Shown: positions 34,441-44,609, counted from the stretch's first letter. The stretch: DNA of 64,000 bases from a virus (IMGVR_UViG_3300009148_000002:1-64000); one strand, 5' to 3'. The notes: a model not told the origin generated them from the letters alone. Translations and numbers: made by a program.

Positions 34441-35421
34441 TTAGAATACGGGCGTTGAATTAGCCCACGGATAGGATGCCGGAGCGCCGCCACCACCATT
34501 GTTCCGAGAAAGCATCGCCGCGAGCATCTGCATTAGTTGTGCGTTGTTCCCTCCGCCTCCTGCACCTCCGCCTCCGCCCATGCCGCCGAGCAGGCTACCG
34601 ATTCCTCCACCTCCACCGCCTCCACCACCCATCATTCCATAAAGACTCATCCCTGTGTCCACGGCGGAATTTAGGCTGGTATCCACCGCCTTGAGCGCAC
34701 CCGACCACCGCTCGCCAGCACCCTTCGGTTGCACCCAACTGAGCAGGTTGTTTTTGTTGACGTTCACAATTCTGTCGAGGTTCGCCAACTTGTTCGCCAA
34801 GCTTTGATCCGTGACTTGCATCGGCATCAGAGTTCTGCCGGCCAACGCATTCAGGATTTCTGTCGGCTGGCCGATAGTGGATTTCTTCAACAGCAAGTCG
34901 GATAGCCGGTTGGCCTGCCCTGTGCCGTAGGAAGTGTTGATGGCGTTCGTCAGGTAAGGCGCAAGCTCACTGGAAAGCCGGTTGGCAGCATTGCCTTCAA
35001 GGATCGTCTCGTAACTGCCAGGAGGCGCTGCCGGTATGCCTAGGTTGGCGTAGGAGATTTTGCGAGCGCGTTCGCGTGCGGCGGCTGCCGGGCCTTGGAT
35101 GTCCGTCGAAAACAGATTGCGCCAAAGCTCGATGTTCTTTCCGAGTTCAGCCGTGGGATCGTAGCCCGCATTGCGCAGGCTTGTCAGCCAGCTAATGTCC
35201 GATTGCGCCAGATCGCCAGCTTGGCCAGCCGTGTTTCCGATGGCTGAACGGTACGCGCCAAGATCAGCCGTCCGTTGCGCTAGCTCATCGCGGAAAGTCG
35301 GGTGAATCTGTCGAAGCGTGTCGCTGGCCAGCGGATCAATCCAATGGCGAATCGGGTCTTTCTCGCCCGGCCTGTCCACCAGCGATCCGATTACCTCGCC
35401 AAGATTGAAAATCTGTGACAT
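34441..35421 (-). CDS. Putative pilot/ejection protein with Gly-rich C-terminus
   Basis: GMMGGGGGGGGG membrane-like tail; position. Confidence 0.5.
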   Translation of the reverse strand: MSQIFNLGEVIGSLVDRPGEKDPIRHWIDPLASDTLRQIHPTFRDELAQRTADLGAYRSAIGNTAGQAGDLAQSDISWLTSLRNAGYDPTAELGKNIELWRNLFSTDIQGPAAAARERARKISYANLGIPAAPPGSYETILEGNAANRLSSELAPYLTNAINTSYGTGQANRLSDLLLKKSTIGQPTEILNALAGRTLMPMQVTDQSLANKLANLDRIVNVNKNNLLSWVQPKGAGERWSGALKAVDTSLNSAVDTGMSLYGMMGGGGGGGGGIGSLLGGMGGGGGAGGGGNNAQLMQMLAAMLSRNNGGGGAPASYPWANSTPVF

Positions 35422-35432
35422 ATCAGATCATC

Positions 35433-35660
35433 TTATGACCTTCCTTCGCGCAATGCAAGCAACCATTGTTGCAACAATTCCTGCGTGTTATCGCGCACTC
35501 GTTTCTGTTCGGCGTTGAATTCGTCCACGGTTTGTTGCAGTCCAGCAAAGCGATCCGTCATGGAACGCGGAAATTTTAGGATCGGCGCTGGCGGCAGGTT
35601 GAACTCGCGCAAGTTTTCCTTGCTCACCGTTAGCCGCCGCATGTTGAGTGGGAGAGGCAT
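35433..35660 (-). CDS. Hypothetical protein
   Basis: Operonic ORF. Confidence 0.6.
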   Translation of the reverse strand: MPLPLNMRRLTVSKENLREFNLPPAPILKFPRSMTDRFAGLQQTVDEFNAEQKRVRDNTQELLQQWLLALREGRS

Positions 35661-35662
35661 AG

Positions 35663-35929
35663 TTAGCAGGTGCCTGAGTCATCTTTGTGCACTGCGTATA
35701 TTTCTTTGAACAAGCTGCGAATTTCTTCCTCAGTAAATTCGTATCTCGAAACTGTAAAGCCAGAAGCGGAGTCCCATCCAACAATTGGGTCTGATTCGTT
35801 GGAGTACAAAACCTCGTAAACCCAATGATTCCATTTGATTGGTTTAACATGGTTCGCCGCAAACACACCGCCAACGGCAGCCGCAGCGCCTCCGAACAGT
35901 TTGGTGAAGAAGTTACGACGGGTTAGCAT
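35663..35929 (-). CDS. Small protein with twin-arginine (Tat)-like signal
   Basis: MLTRRNFFTKLFGGAAAAVGG. Confidence 0.6.
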   Translation of the reverse strand: MLTRRNFFTKLFGGAAAAVGGVFAANHVKPIKWNHWVYEVLYSNESDPIVGWDSASGFTVSRYEFTEEEIRSLFKEIYAVHKDDSGTC

Positions 35930-36165
35930 TTGTCTCTTTCAGCCACAAGGCGATTAAATCTAATACGCAAATACTCCTGAGCTACTCGGTTCATAGCCAT
36001 GTCAAACCTAGCAAGTGGTGAAGCTCCGCAAGCCCACACATTTGCATCAGGCCGGTAAACCGGAACGGCTTGAGCAACAGGCGCGGCATCCGGCCACGCA
36101 ATCGGCAGAGTTACAACGGACGCAGCAGCAACGGCTGACTTTTTGATGAATGCTCGGCGGTTCAT
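35923..36165 (-). CDS. Small protein with twin-arginine (Tat)-like signal
   Basis: MNRRAFIKKSAVAAASVVTLP. Confidence 0.6.
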   Translation of the reverse strand: MNRRAFIKKSAVAAASVVTLPIAWPDAAPVAQAVPVYRPDANVWACGASPLARFDMAMNRVAQEYLRIRFNRLVAERDKC

Positions 36166-36479
36166 TTCCTCTCCATTGTCACCTTGTAAGCAAGGTCGAG
36201 CAATTCATCACTATCGAGTTTCGGCTCAACCGGCTCCACGGCGAACGAATTGGGGTCGTGCGTGTTGCTTATTTCTATGGGAGGCATTTCAAACATTCCG
36301 CCCATTGCAAGATGCCGGCACAGCTTGTCGAAATCTTCGCCTATTCGAGTGCACGCCTCTCTCTGTATTCGTTCGCCTATCACATGATCCGTGGAACTAA
36401 ACGCCCGACCTTTGCCCGTCTCAAATTCCGCAATGAGCCGCCTCGCTTTGTCGAGTTGAGCCTGTAGGCCGTCTTTCAT
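36162..36479 (-). CDS. Hypothetical protein
   Basis: ATGA-coupled. Confidence 0.6.
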   Translation of the reverse strand: MKDGLQAQLDKARRLIAEFETGKGRAFSSTDHVIGERIQREACTRIGEDFDKLCRHLAMGGMFEMPPIEISNTHDPNSFAVEPVEPKLDSDELLDLAYKVTMERK

Positions 36480-36480
36480 T

Positions 36481-36765
36481 TTAGCGCGGGATGAAAATAA
36501 CAGCGCTGTCGTGATCCTGCATCACCACAACAAGCGCAACCCACTCTCCGTAGGTAAGGTGCTTTGGATTGTCTGTTTGCTTACACCAAGCCGCATATCC
36601 AGCCCTTAGATTCGCATTGTATTCCTCCGTGAAAGAGTGAAACAGGTAGAAGAAAACACAGACCATCACAACCAGTCCGGCTACAACGATGACCTCAATC
36701 TCCTTCCCACGCCACCAGCTTCTTTTATCTCGCAAGCGATTGAATAATATGTCTTGATAAGTCAT
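36481..36765 (-). CDS. Membrane protein
   Basis: TM segment IEVIVVAGLVVMVCVFFYLF. Confidence 0.6.
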   Translation of the reverse strand: MTYQDILFNRLRDKRSWWRGKEIEVIVVAGLVVMVCVFFYLFHSFTEEYNANLRAGYAAWCKQTDNPKHLTYGEWVALVVVMQDHDSAVIFIPR

Positions 36766-36795
36766 AGCGCAATTAAGAGCCTGCTGTAGTTGTTG

Positions 36796-37260
36796 TCAAG
36801 TCCATTCTCCCTGCGCTCGCCTCGCGTTAATCACCATCTTAGACAAGCACGCATTCCCGCCCGTGATTTCAGACTGGCCTTCTACGGTGTCGATCCAGAT
36901 TCGGACAGCCAAATACCGCCCGCGATAGAATGTGTTGTAACGCGCCGTCAGATTTGGGCGCGTGTTGTTCGCTGCGTGTTCGGCGGCGGATTGCTCGGTC
37001 AGGCACGTCAACTCCTGTTCGCCAATGTCCTTCCATGTAACGCAGCGCGGTTGTGCGCCGTAAGCCATCTGAGCGAGCAACCGATTCGGCGTGGTTTGTT
37101 CCGCCGCCTCGAAATCCACCAGCACTTTGTTGATCGTCTTCTCAACATTCGTGCCGTAATCGTTCATATCTTGCTGAATCATCGACGAATAACCGTCGAG
37201 CACGTAACGAGCACCATCCGGCCCGCGTGTCCAGTCTGTGCAGATCATACGGCCCTCCAT
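36796..37260 (-). CDS. Putative tail protein
   Basis: Beta-rich; RGRYLAVRIWI resembles C-termini of tail-tubular/stabilisation proteins. Confidence 0.45.
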   Translation of the reverse strand: MEGRMICTDWTRGPDGARYVLDGYSSMIQQDMNDYGTNVEKTINKVLVDFEAAEQTTPNRLLAQMAYGAQPRCVTWKDIGEQELTCLTEQSAAEHAANNTRPNLTARYNTFYRGRYLAVRIWIDTVEGQSEITGGNACLSKMVINARRAQGEWT

Positions 37261-38525
37261 TGCGTTGCGGTCGCGCTCTCGCGCAGATAAAGCGTAGTGC
37301 TGGTGCCGCCGCTGGTATTCAGGTAGCTGGTTCCAACCGGCGCTGAGACTACACCATCCGGTGAGCCAGCCCCGCGCATCGGTGAACCATCAATGTGTGT
37401 TATCGCTCCGGTTGTTGGATTTGTTTTCTTGCCGTCGTAAGCGCATCCCTTCACGTCAACCAATCCTCCAACTTGGCTTGTTTTGATGTCGTAACCACTC
37501 GACACAACTCGCGTTATCTTGCATCCATCCAACGTGAGCTTGCCAGACTCGCCGTGACAGATTCCGTCAATGGTGCCACCAAAGTAATTGTGAATCCGCG
37601 CTCCGCGAACCGTGAGGTTGGTTGTGCCGGAAACAACCGTGCAGTCGTCGGAGCCATGAATCTCTTTGTAATCCAGAAACATTCGATCTGAAGCGCCCGA
37701 CAACCATACCGTCCATCCCCATGAATCCATGAAGTCGCCTGTCAGGTGCAATGTGCTGGAAGAATTAACCGTTCCGAAAAGCGCCGAAATGCCGTTGGCT
37801 CCTGTGTAACTCTGGTACAGCCTTCCGATCCTTCCGCGCAAGCTCCCACCGTCGAATTCAACGGCTGGATTGTTGTCATCTTCGGACCAGCATTCATCAA
37901 TATCCACTGTCACGGTTGCGCCGGAATCGACGTAGAGCGCGATATGTCCAACAGACCAGCAGCGTGCAATCTTCAGAGTGGCTGTCGCATTCACTATCGA
38001 GATGGCCTCTCCAGACGTTGACCACGCCGTTTGCGATTCCCATTTGAGATTACTGCTCGCGTTTTGAAGATAAATAACTTTGGCGTCTCCTATGAACCTC
38101 CATCCCGGCGCGATTATCGTGTTAGCTGAAGCAACATTGTTGTCACGGAAGATTGCAAGTGTCTGCGCTCCACTCTGGCGCACGATTCCGTAGCCGATGA
38201 AATCGAAATTGACACCCGTCTTCAAAATCATCGGAGCCTCAGTGTAATCACCCGGAGCAACTGTAACAGTGTCTCCTGAAGTGGCGGCAGCCTGTGCGGC
38301 CTCAACGGTGAGAAACGGCTTGTCGATATGTTCGCGTGCGCCGGTGGAATCATTTCCGTCTTTGGAAACAAAGACTCGATTCCCGCCGTGCTTGATTAGC
38401 GCGAGCAGCGTGGCCGAGGAAAGCTTGCTGGTGGTAAACACGCCGGGAGATGTCTCGTTGTAAATGAGAACCCAATGATCCAAATTGGCCGTGGTGATTG
38501 TCGGATAGTCGATTGCTCTTGGCAT
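37245..38525 (-). CDS. Right-handed beta-helix tailspike-like protein
   Basis: VFVSKDGNDSTG...KPFLTVEAAQAAATSGDTVTVAPGDY pectate-lyase-like N-terminus; GAGSPDGVVSAPVGTSY C-terminus. Confidence 0.75.
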   Translation of the reverse strand: MPRAIDYPTITTANLDHWVLIYNETSPGVFTTSKLSSATLLALIKHGGNRVFVSKDGNDSTGAREHIDKPFLTVEAAQAAATSGDTVTVAPGDYTEAPMILKTGVNFDFIGYGIVRQSGAQTLAIFRDNNVASANTIIAPGWRFIGDAKVIYLQNASSNLKWESQTAWSTSGEAISIVNATATLKIARCWSVGHIALYVDSGATVTVDIDECWSEDDNNPAVEFDGGSLRGRIGRLYQSYTGANGISALFGTVNSSSTLHLTGDFMDSWGWTVWLSGASDRMFLDYKEIHGSDDCTVVSGTTNLTVRGARIHNYFGGTIDGICHGESGKLTLDGCKITRVVSSGYDIKTSQVGGLVDVKGCAYDGKKTNPTTGAITHIDGSPMRGAGSPDGVVSAPVGTSYLNTSGGTSTTLYLRESATATQWRAV

Positions 38526-38527
38526 AT

Positions 38528-41044
38528 TTATTCCGTTTCTATTGGCAGATTGTTTTCGTCGTTGGTCGTTTCGTTATTCTCGTCCTGAAGTAAATTCGCT
38601 GAGGCGCAATAATCCCGCCAGAGAGTCCAATCACCGGCAAATCCAACCACCACATCGCCAGTCGGATCATTCGGCGTGCAGACGCCACTTCCCCATTTGG
38701 CTTGCATCGACTTCATAAATCGAGACGTGCTGGTGTACACCCAATAAAACTGGCTGCTGTGCGACACGAAAAGTCCGCTTGTGGCGTTGGTGAATTCGAT
38801 CTCAGCCGTGGCGATGTGGCAGGCAATTTGATCGGCGGTCAACACTTCGTTCGGATTCACGTCCTCCGATAGCCCCCACACGTAGGCGCTTTCAAATGAG
38901 TAGAGCGTTCCGGTGTCACAACTTCCCGTCCACGGGCTTTGATCCGGCCCCGGCCCCGGTGGAATCGGAGCCGGCCCTGATCCTTCCGGGTCTTGGAACG
39001 TCGGCAGTGTCGCGCCAGTTTCTTCTTCAAATTCTTCCTGACACTCTTGCAAGAATTCTTCCTCGGTCACGTAACGCTCGCGATAAAACTGATCGGGTGT
39101 GAATTGCTTCAGCGTGTAGTCCAACGCGCTGGCCATAACGAACACTTGGCCGGTGTCGCACGTCTCGCAGATGTCGCGGATGGTCAAGTCGCCGAGTTGA
39201 GCGCAGAGTGACTGCGGATGATGCGGCAGGTTCGGGTCTTCTTCTTCGTTGAATAAGTACAGTGGCGGGTTATCAAACTCGTCGTCGTAAGCGGCGTAAG
39301 GGATGCCCTCCTTGACGAAACTATCCGTGAAGAAATCGAAGTGGCAGACTTGGTGTTCGTGCAGGAAGTCGCGCACGTTTGGCCGCGTGTCGGATACGTA
39401 ATTCGTGAACGCCGTAAACCCGTGATCCACCAGATGAGCCGAGGAATAGTAGAGGTTGTAAACCAGCGACATATTCGGGCACACGTTGTCGTCCGTAGGC
39501 CACGAGAACCAAAGCTCTTTGGTCAAATCATTAAATCCGCCGATGACTTGGTTGCAGTGGTTTTTGTTGACTGGTCCGAACGGATCAAGATGTGGAAAGT
39601 CGGAAAGGTGTTCTGATCCGATGCCTTTGAAGATTGCGGCGCTGGAGCGGTGCATCCATTCGAGACGTTGCGGCCTTGAATCGGTTAGCGTCATGCTAAA
39701 GCAGCCTGCCTCGCTTAGATAGGCGTGCGCCTCACCCAAGTTCACCAAACTGTATTTGTATTTTAAGGCGTCTGATCCCGTGTAAAGCGTCAGTGAAGTG
39801 AAAAGCTTTGGATCGTCAACGAAGGATAGCTGGATAATTGAGCGGTTTGTGTAAATAAACAGATAGTCGCCCATCACTTCCAGCCTGAGAATGTGTTGGC
39901 CTGATCCGAAATCTTGAAATCCTGCGGCGCTATTGTCTGCCGGAATCCACGACAACGGCCTATTGAAATCGCTCCACACCAACCTGTCGTTGTGCAGCTT
40001 CCCATCCTGCCACACCGATCCCATCCAAATAATACCCTTCCACTCCACAATGCACCCGGCGCGGTCGATGTTCAGCGCGGCCAGTTCAGGAATCGGATTC
40101 GCAGCCCATAGATTGCAGCCTGTGTTCGGGCCGTCGAACTGCCAGAACAAAGGCCGGTCGAAATCGTTTACGAACAGGATGTAGTTGCCGATGACTGCCG
40201 ATGAAAACCGCGTGTCGGAACATTCGCATTTGCTGGTGGTCGAGCAGGCTGTGTCCGCAACCTCTCCGCCAAGTCCGTCGGCCAGCAATCGCCAGTTGCC
40301 GGTACGTTCGTTCAGCGCATAGATGCGAGTGGCTGTAGCCGCAATGAGCTTGCGAGCGCCTTGAAAGTTTTTGAACTCGCGCAGATGCGTGATGGCTTCC
40401 CGGCATCCGCTGCGCGTGTATGGATACGTGCCGCAGTACAGATAGTCGTAGGAAAAATAGTCGGCGTGTTCCGGCACGGCATCGCCGTAAGGATAGCCCT
40501 CGTCGATGACATCCGGTGCGTGGAACAGCGTGGCCACAGTGTAATGCGATCCGGGATAGTAGAATGGATAGCCAGTACCACATTCGTCGTCGTAATCAGG
40601 ATCGCCAAACGCCCACGGATAACCCACATCAAAACTTGAGAAGTACGAATCCTCGCCAATCGTGACATCATTGATGTAGCCGCAGTGCTCCGTCTCGTCA
40701 TTCGTGATGTAATCGTATCCCGGTGTCAGCCGATCCGGCACGAAGAACGGATACGAAAGCCCGGTCACTTCACCGCCGCCTGTGATGTTTTCCTCGAAGC
40801 TTTGGTAGTAAGTCTGGTAGCAAAGAAGCTGGTCGTGCAGGTCTTGGTTTTGGAAGCCATAGATGCTATCTGAGAAAAGCTTCTTCCAACCTCCAAACCG
40901 GCAGCGTTTGCCAGCCTCGTTCATGGACAGATTGAGAACGATTCGGAAGTTCTGATAACCGACTTGGCCGTTGATGGATCGAAGATCGAATACCCCGCTT
41001 AGAGGCTCGATGTCGATGTCTTTGAAGCAGCCAAGTTTCTTCAA
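38528..41044 (-). CDS. Tail tubular B / DNA-stabilisation (gp10-like) beta-propeller protein
   Basis: Size, RLVWSDF...W, KELWFSWP, LVYN repeats; follows adaptor and collar genes. Confidence 0.6.
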   Translation of the reverse strand: MKKLGCFKDIDIEPLSGVFDLRSINGQVGYQNFRIVLNLSMNEAGKRCRFGGWKKLFSDSIYGFQNQDLHDQLLCYQTYYQSFEENITGGGEVTGLSYPFFVPDRLTPGYDYITNDETEHCGYINDVTIGEDSYFSSFDVGYPWAFGDPDYDDECGTGYPFYYPGSHYTVATLFHAPDVIDEGYPYGDAVPEHADYFSYDYLYCGTYPYTRSGCREAITHLREFKNFQGARKLIAATATRIYALNERTGNWRLLADGLGGEVADTACSTTSKCECSDTRFSSAVIGNYILFVNDFDRPLFWQFDGPNTGCNLWAANPIPELAALNIDRAGCIVEWKGIIWMGSVWQDGKLHNDRLVWSDFNRPLSWIPADNSAAGFQDFGSGQHILRLEVMGDYLFIYTNRSIIQLSFVDDPKLFTSLTLYTGSDALKYKYSLVNLGEAHAYLSEAGCFSMTLTDSRPQRLEWMHRSSAAIFKGIGSEHLSDFPHLDPFGPVNKNHCNQVIGGFNDLTKELWFSWPTDDNVCPNMSLVYNLYYSSAHLVDHGFTAFTNYVSDTRPNVRDFLHEHQVCHFDFFTDSFVKEGIPYAAYDDEFDNPPLYLFNEEEDPNLPHHPQSLCAQLGDLTIRDICETCDTGQVFVMASALDYTLKQFTPDQFYRERYVTEEEFLQECQEEFEEETGATLPTFQDPEGSGPAPIPPGPGPDQSPWTGSCDTGTLYSFESAYVWGLSEDVNPNEVLTADQIACHIATAEIEFTNATSGLFVSHSSQFYWVYTSTSRFMKSMQAKWGSGVCTPNDPTGDVVVGFAGDWTLWRDYCASANLLQDENNETTNDENNLPIETE

Positions 41045-41051
41045 TCGTTAA

Positions 41052-41669
41052 TCAGTTTGTGGTCACGGTTGCGCCCCGACCTTCGAGTGTGGCAACGTCA
41101 ACGATGCCTTGGCCGGATGGTCCAGAGCTTGTTCCTCCTTGGATGTTAAGTGTCGATCCAGCACCCCATCCGCTTGAGACTAAATCAGACAAAATCTGAT
41201 TTACGTGCGTCACCCCCAACGCAAGCCCCGACAAATTTATTGAAGGACAGGTCTGGAGTTTTGGAAGCCGCAATTTTATTAGGGCCGGCGCGTTGACTAT
41301 TTGCAACGTGCCAGAGACGCTCGAAAGTTCTGGAAATTGAACATCGACAAGGAAATCGCTGTTTTTAACAACAATATCACTTGCGTCTTGAAGCCGCTGA
41401 AATGAAACAGATTGCAGTGCGTCGCCAATCACCGACACATAATTGTCTCCCGTCACACCAAGAAGGTTTGGCGCTGAGAACTTGATAAGTGTGCTGTTAA
41501 TGTTGACATCCAGACCACCCTCGTCTTCCAAGAACACCAACTCAGTAAACTGAGCCGGCACATCGCCGTTGTAGAGCGCATACGTGACACACGCCCGAAG
41601 CGTTGGCTCATCCGGCAAGCCGGACGCAATGTTTGGAATAATCGGATAACCGACAAATACTGGTTTCAT
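41052..41669 (-). CDS. Leucine-rich beta-solenoid (receptor-L-like) protein
   Basis: FPELSSVSGTLQIVNAPALIKLRLPKL repeats. Confidence 0.55.
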   Translation of the reverse strand: MKPVFVGYPIIPNIASGLPDEPTLRACVTYALYNGDVPAQFTELVFLEDEGGLDVNINSTLIKFSAPNLLGVTGDNYVSVIGDALQSVSFQRLQDASDIVVKNSDFLVDVQFPELSSVSGTLQIVNAPALIKLRLPKLQTCPSINLSGLALGVTHVNQILSDLVSSGWGAGSTLNIQGGTSSGPSGQGIVDVATLEGRGATVTTN

Positions 41670-41681
41670 ATAGTTCTTTCG

Positions 41682-42335
41682 TTATAGTGCTTTGATAAGC
41701 CATAATCCGCTCTTAAACGGCGGCATGTTGTTGTGCGGCTCGTCGCCACCGGCGCTGCCGATTGCAAGCGAACCATACAAAGGACCGCTTCCAAGAGTTC
41801 CGCCGTACAGCGTCGGCCCAGCCACGTCACCGCTGCCAGTGTCTTCGATCTTTTCCGGCGTTGGTGTGTGGGTGTGACTGGCCAACTGCGCTGCCGTCAG
41901 TGTGACGTTTTCCTCGCCGTCAGCCTCACCGACCGGATGCCCGGCGCTCGATCCAAGCAGGAATCGTCCTTGCAAATCTGGCACGTTGAACGTCGTGGTT
42001 CCGTTGCCCGACCCGAACGTAGTGCCGTACACGGAAAACAGCGATGCGTATGTCGTCCGGCTGACAGTTTGCCCGTTCGCAATCAGCCATCCGGTTGGCA
42101 CGCTCGACACCGGACGCCATTCGATGTTGCCGACTGGAGTGCCGATGCCAGCACTGGTTAGAAAAGCGATGAACTCCGCGCTTGGGTTTCCGTTTGGATC
42201 GGCGAACCAGTTGCGGAATGCGCAGAATGCTTTCTGGCTGGCGTTTTGAGCGGCAAGAGTCTCACACACTTGTCCCGTGCCGCCTTCTGGTGGAAGCGTG
42301 TCACAAACGTTTAGAAATGATTCAGGGAGCGCCAT
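41682..42335 (-). CDS. Phage tail-collar domain protein
   Basis: PTGWLIANGQTVSRTTYASLF...FNVPDLQGRF; PHNNMPPF. Confidence 0.9.
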   Translation of the reverse strand: MALPESFLNVCDTLPPEGGTGQVCETLAAQNASQKAFCAFRNWFADPNGNPSAEFIAFLTSAGIGTPVGNIEWRPVSSVPTGWLIANGQTVSRTTYASLFSVYGTTFGSGNGTTTFNVPDLQGRFLLGSSAGHPVGEADGEENVTLTAAQLASHTHTPTPEKIEDTGSGDVAGPTLYGGTLGSGPLYGSLAIGSAGGDEPHNNMPPFKSGLWLIKAL

Positions 42336-42336
42336 A

Positions 42337-42861
42337 TCAAGATGCTTTCAGTTGTTGAACAAACGGGCACAGGTGATGGACGAAAGCCGTCTCAGTGTCT
42401 TTGACCTGCTGGTTTAGTTTTTGACTGAGGCGCGAGTTTGAAATCGCGTAGCGAATTGACCGAGCCAGAATATCCGGCACCATCAACTGCCGCTTGTCCA
42501 GAAAGTCAATCGCACCGGCTTTCAGCGCCCTTTCCTCGTCGCCCGACTCGATCAGTCCAGTGAACACTATGAATGGCCCGCCGTGTCCACGCTCAATGGC
42601 TCGCTGCACTAGCTCGATTCCGTCTCCGGGCTTTAACCGCACGTCCACGAGGTACACGTCATGGACTTTTTTCATAATGCGATCCAATCGGAAGTCTGGC
42701 TGCCATTCCATCTCGGCATTAAACTCCGCTTCCTGCAATCGGTCGCGCATCAAGACGCAATCGTTCTCGTCATCGTCCACAACTAGGGCACGCACGAACG
42801 ACGGGTAACGAAAGAATGAAGCTCTCGTCACCTGATTCGCCATTTTGCAAAAGTCGTTCAT
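42337..42861 (-). CDS. Orphan response-regulator receiver (CheY-like) protein
   Basis: LVVDDD, YLVDVRL (phospho-acceptor Asp), DGIELV, VFTG, GAIDFLDK. Confidence 0.9.
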   Translation of the reverse strand: MNDFCKMANQVTRASFFRYPSFVRALVVDDDENDCVLMRDRLQEAEFNAEMEWQPDFRLDRIMKKVHDVYLVDVRLKPGDGIELVQRAIERGHGGPFIVFTGLIESGDEERALKAGAIDFLDKRQLMVPDILARSIRYAISNSRLSQKLNQQVKDTETAFVHHLCPFVQQLKAS

Positions 42862-43205
42862 TATTTGCCTTGACGATAGTTCAGCCAGAACTGGATTAAG
42901 TATCCGATGACGGTGATCCCGCCAATGATACCCGCGAGCTTCATGTTGAAATTCCCAAGGTGATTGGCGTTGGAGTCTGTTTTTTCAGAAACGCGGGTCA
43001 ATCGCTCCATGAATTCGCTGCGCATGTTATCCACCTGAGCGCGGAACAAATCCATTTCGCGCTTCATCTGACGATGTTGCTCGAAGAAGCCTGGCTCGTC
43101 AGGTTTTGAGTTGTCTCCCATGAGAGCTTTCCAAACGTCCTTCATCGAACTGGTCATCTGATTCAGTTCTTCCTCGATGCGTTGCTTTTCCTTGTCTGTG
43201 CCCAT
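42861..43205 (-). CDS. Coiled-coil protein with C-terminal TM (holin-like?)
   Basis: Start at ATG 43205; KLAGIIGGITVIGYLIQFWL. Confidence 0.5.
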   Translation of the reverse strand: MGTDKEKQRIEEELNQMTSSMKDVWKALMGDNSKPDEPGFFEQHRQMKREMDLFRAQVDNMRSEFMERLTRVSEKTDSNANHLGNFNMKLAGIIGGITVIGYLIQFWLNYRQGK

Positions 43206-43207
43206 AA

Positions 43208-43981
43208 TTAACAAGTGAAACAGGGTTGAGGACGCGGCATCCGAAGCTCTCGCTCCGCCAGCCACATCATGTCCGCCACTTTGATTTGATAGAGTCCAGG
43301 ATTGTTCATGCTCTCGTTGTAAAACTTCTCAGCTTTTTCCTTGTCGCAATCCTCGCGCAACGCAGCCATGCCGATCAGGTAATACTCAACGGCCTGCTGC
43401 ACGCTCCTGTCATCCGTGACTATATCGGTATCGGAATACTCACGCTTGATGCCGTCCCATTCCACAAAGAGCGATTCATCGGATTGCAAATGCGGCACAA
43501 CCCAAAATTGCTGTCGGTGCAGCGTCACGCTACCAGAGTCCGCTCGGCAGGTTTTGTCGATGGTCGCGTCGGGCGTTTCGTCGCAGTAGCCGAGATCGGA
43601 ATAGGCGTAGTATTCATCTCCGTAAAAGTAAGTGCCAGTCGGATGCTCGATGTCGCACTGCTCTATCTCCTGCAACTGACAGTCGATTTCGTCCTTGGTG
43701 ACAGGATCGTAGTAAACCTTCGCGCAACAGGCGTCAGAGGTTTCCGTCCAGATGCGTTGGATGAAACCGCGTGGTGCTGTGAACAGACTCGCGCCGCAGT
43801 GGAAATGGCTCTCGCTCGCCGGCATCGAATCCAAGTGATTGACCTGAAGGTTTTTCACCTTCATCTGCAAATCAATCAGCGCGTCCACCACGAAGTTTCG
43901 ATGGTTGGCCAATAGGTTCTCGGCTTCACCATCTGGAAAAGCGGCGCGTCGGACGTTGGATAGAAAGGCGGCGAATGTCAC
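43208..43981 (-). CDS. Head-tail adaptor / tail tubular A-like protein
   Basis: Position after the capsid genes; conserved-looking N- and C-terminal helices. Confidence 0.5.
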   Translation of the reverse strand: MTFAAFLSNVRRAAFPDGEAENLLANHRNFVVDALIDLQMKVKNLQVNHLDSMPASESHFHCGASLFTAPRGFIQRIWTETSDACCAKVYYDPVTKDEIDCQLQEIEQCDIEHPTGTYFYGDEYYAYSDLGYCDETPDATIDKTCRADSGSVTLHRQQFWVVPHLQSDESLFVEWDGIKREYSDTDIVTDDRSVQQAVEYYLIGMAALREDCDKEKAEKFYNESMNNPGLYQIKVADMMWLAERELRMPRPQPCFTC

Positions 43982-44157
43982 GCGGGCTTCACTTGCTGAA
44001 GCTGGCGAATCGCAGCTTCAATGTTGTCGGCCTCTTTAGTTATCTGTGGCGTCTTGGGATAATCCTCTTTGCCAACGATGTCGAAATAGCGGCGTTTGAG
44101 GGATTGAATCACGATGTCGTCGCCAACTGGAAAGCTAGATGGAGTGGTTGCGTTCAT
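43978..44157 (-). CDS. 59-aa hypothetical protein
   Basis: MNATTPSSFPVGDDIVIQSLKRRY...; overlaps on both sides; not in ORF track. Confidence 0.6.
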   Translation of the reverse strand: MNATTPSSFPVGDDIVIQSLKRRYFDIVGKEDYPKTPQITKEADNIEAAIRQLQQVKPA

Positions 44158-44609
44158 TTAGATACAGGCGTGGGTGAACCGAGCTTGGGAAACCGGCTGA
44201 CAACTTCGATGGGATCAGGACGCGGAACTGCGGTGATCTGGCCGGACGGCGATTTGAGCAGGACTTTATTTCCATCCGCCGCAACAGCCCCCGCCGATTG
44301 CGAAGGGTGATTTCGCAGCATTCCGAGCGTTTGTGCGCTCAGATTCTCTCGACCGTTGGATGAGTGTGGCTGCGACTGCCACTCTTTTTTTTTAGCCTGA
44401 AACTCGGTGTACTCAGCTTCGTTTGACACACGCACGCCGCCGACACGCCGACGAATGGCGTTCTCGCACTGCTCTATAATGAAGGCGTCCTCAGTCTTGA
44501 TGAATCCGAAATCATTCGGATCGGTCATCTCAAAAACCAATGCTTTGCCGTTGGGAAGATTGAGACGGTTGTTCGGAATTTCTTTCTTGTAATAACGGGC
44601 TTCTGACAT
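44154..44609 (-). CDS. Hypothetical protein
   Basis: Own promoter directly upstream. Confidence 0.7.
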   Translation of the reverse strand: MSEARYYKKEIPNNRLNLPNGKALVFEMTDPNDFGFIKTEDAFIIEQCENAIRRRVGGVRVSNEAEYTEFQAKKKEWQSQPHSSNGRENLSAQTLGMLRNHPSQSAGAVAADGNKVLLKSPSGQITAVPRPDPIEVVSRFPKLGSPTPVSK

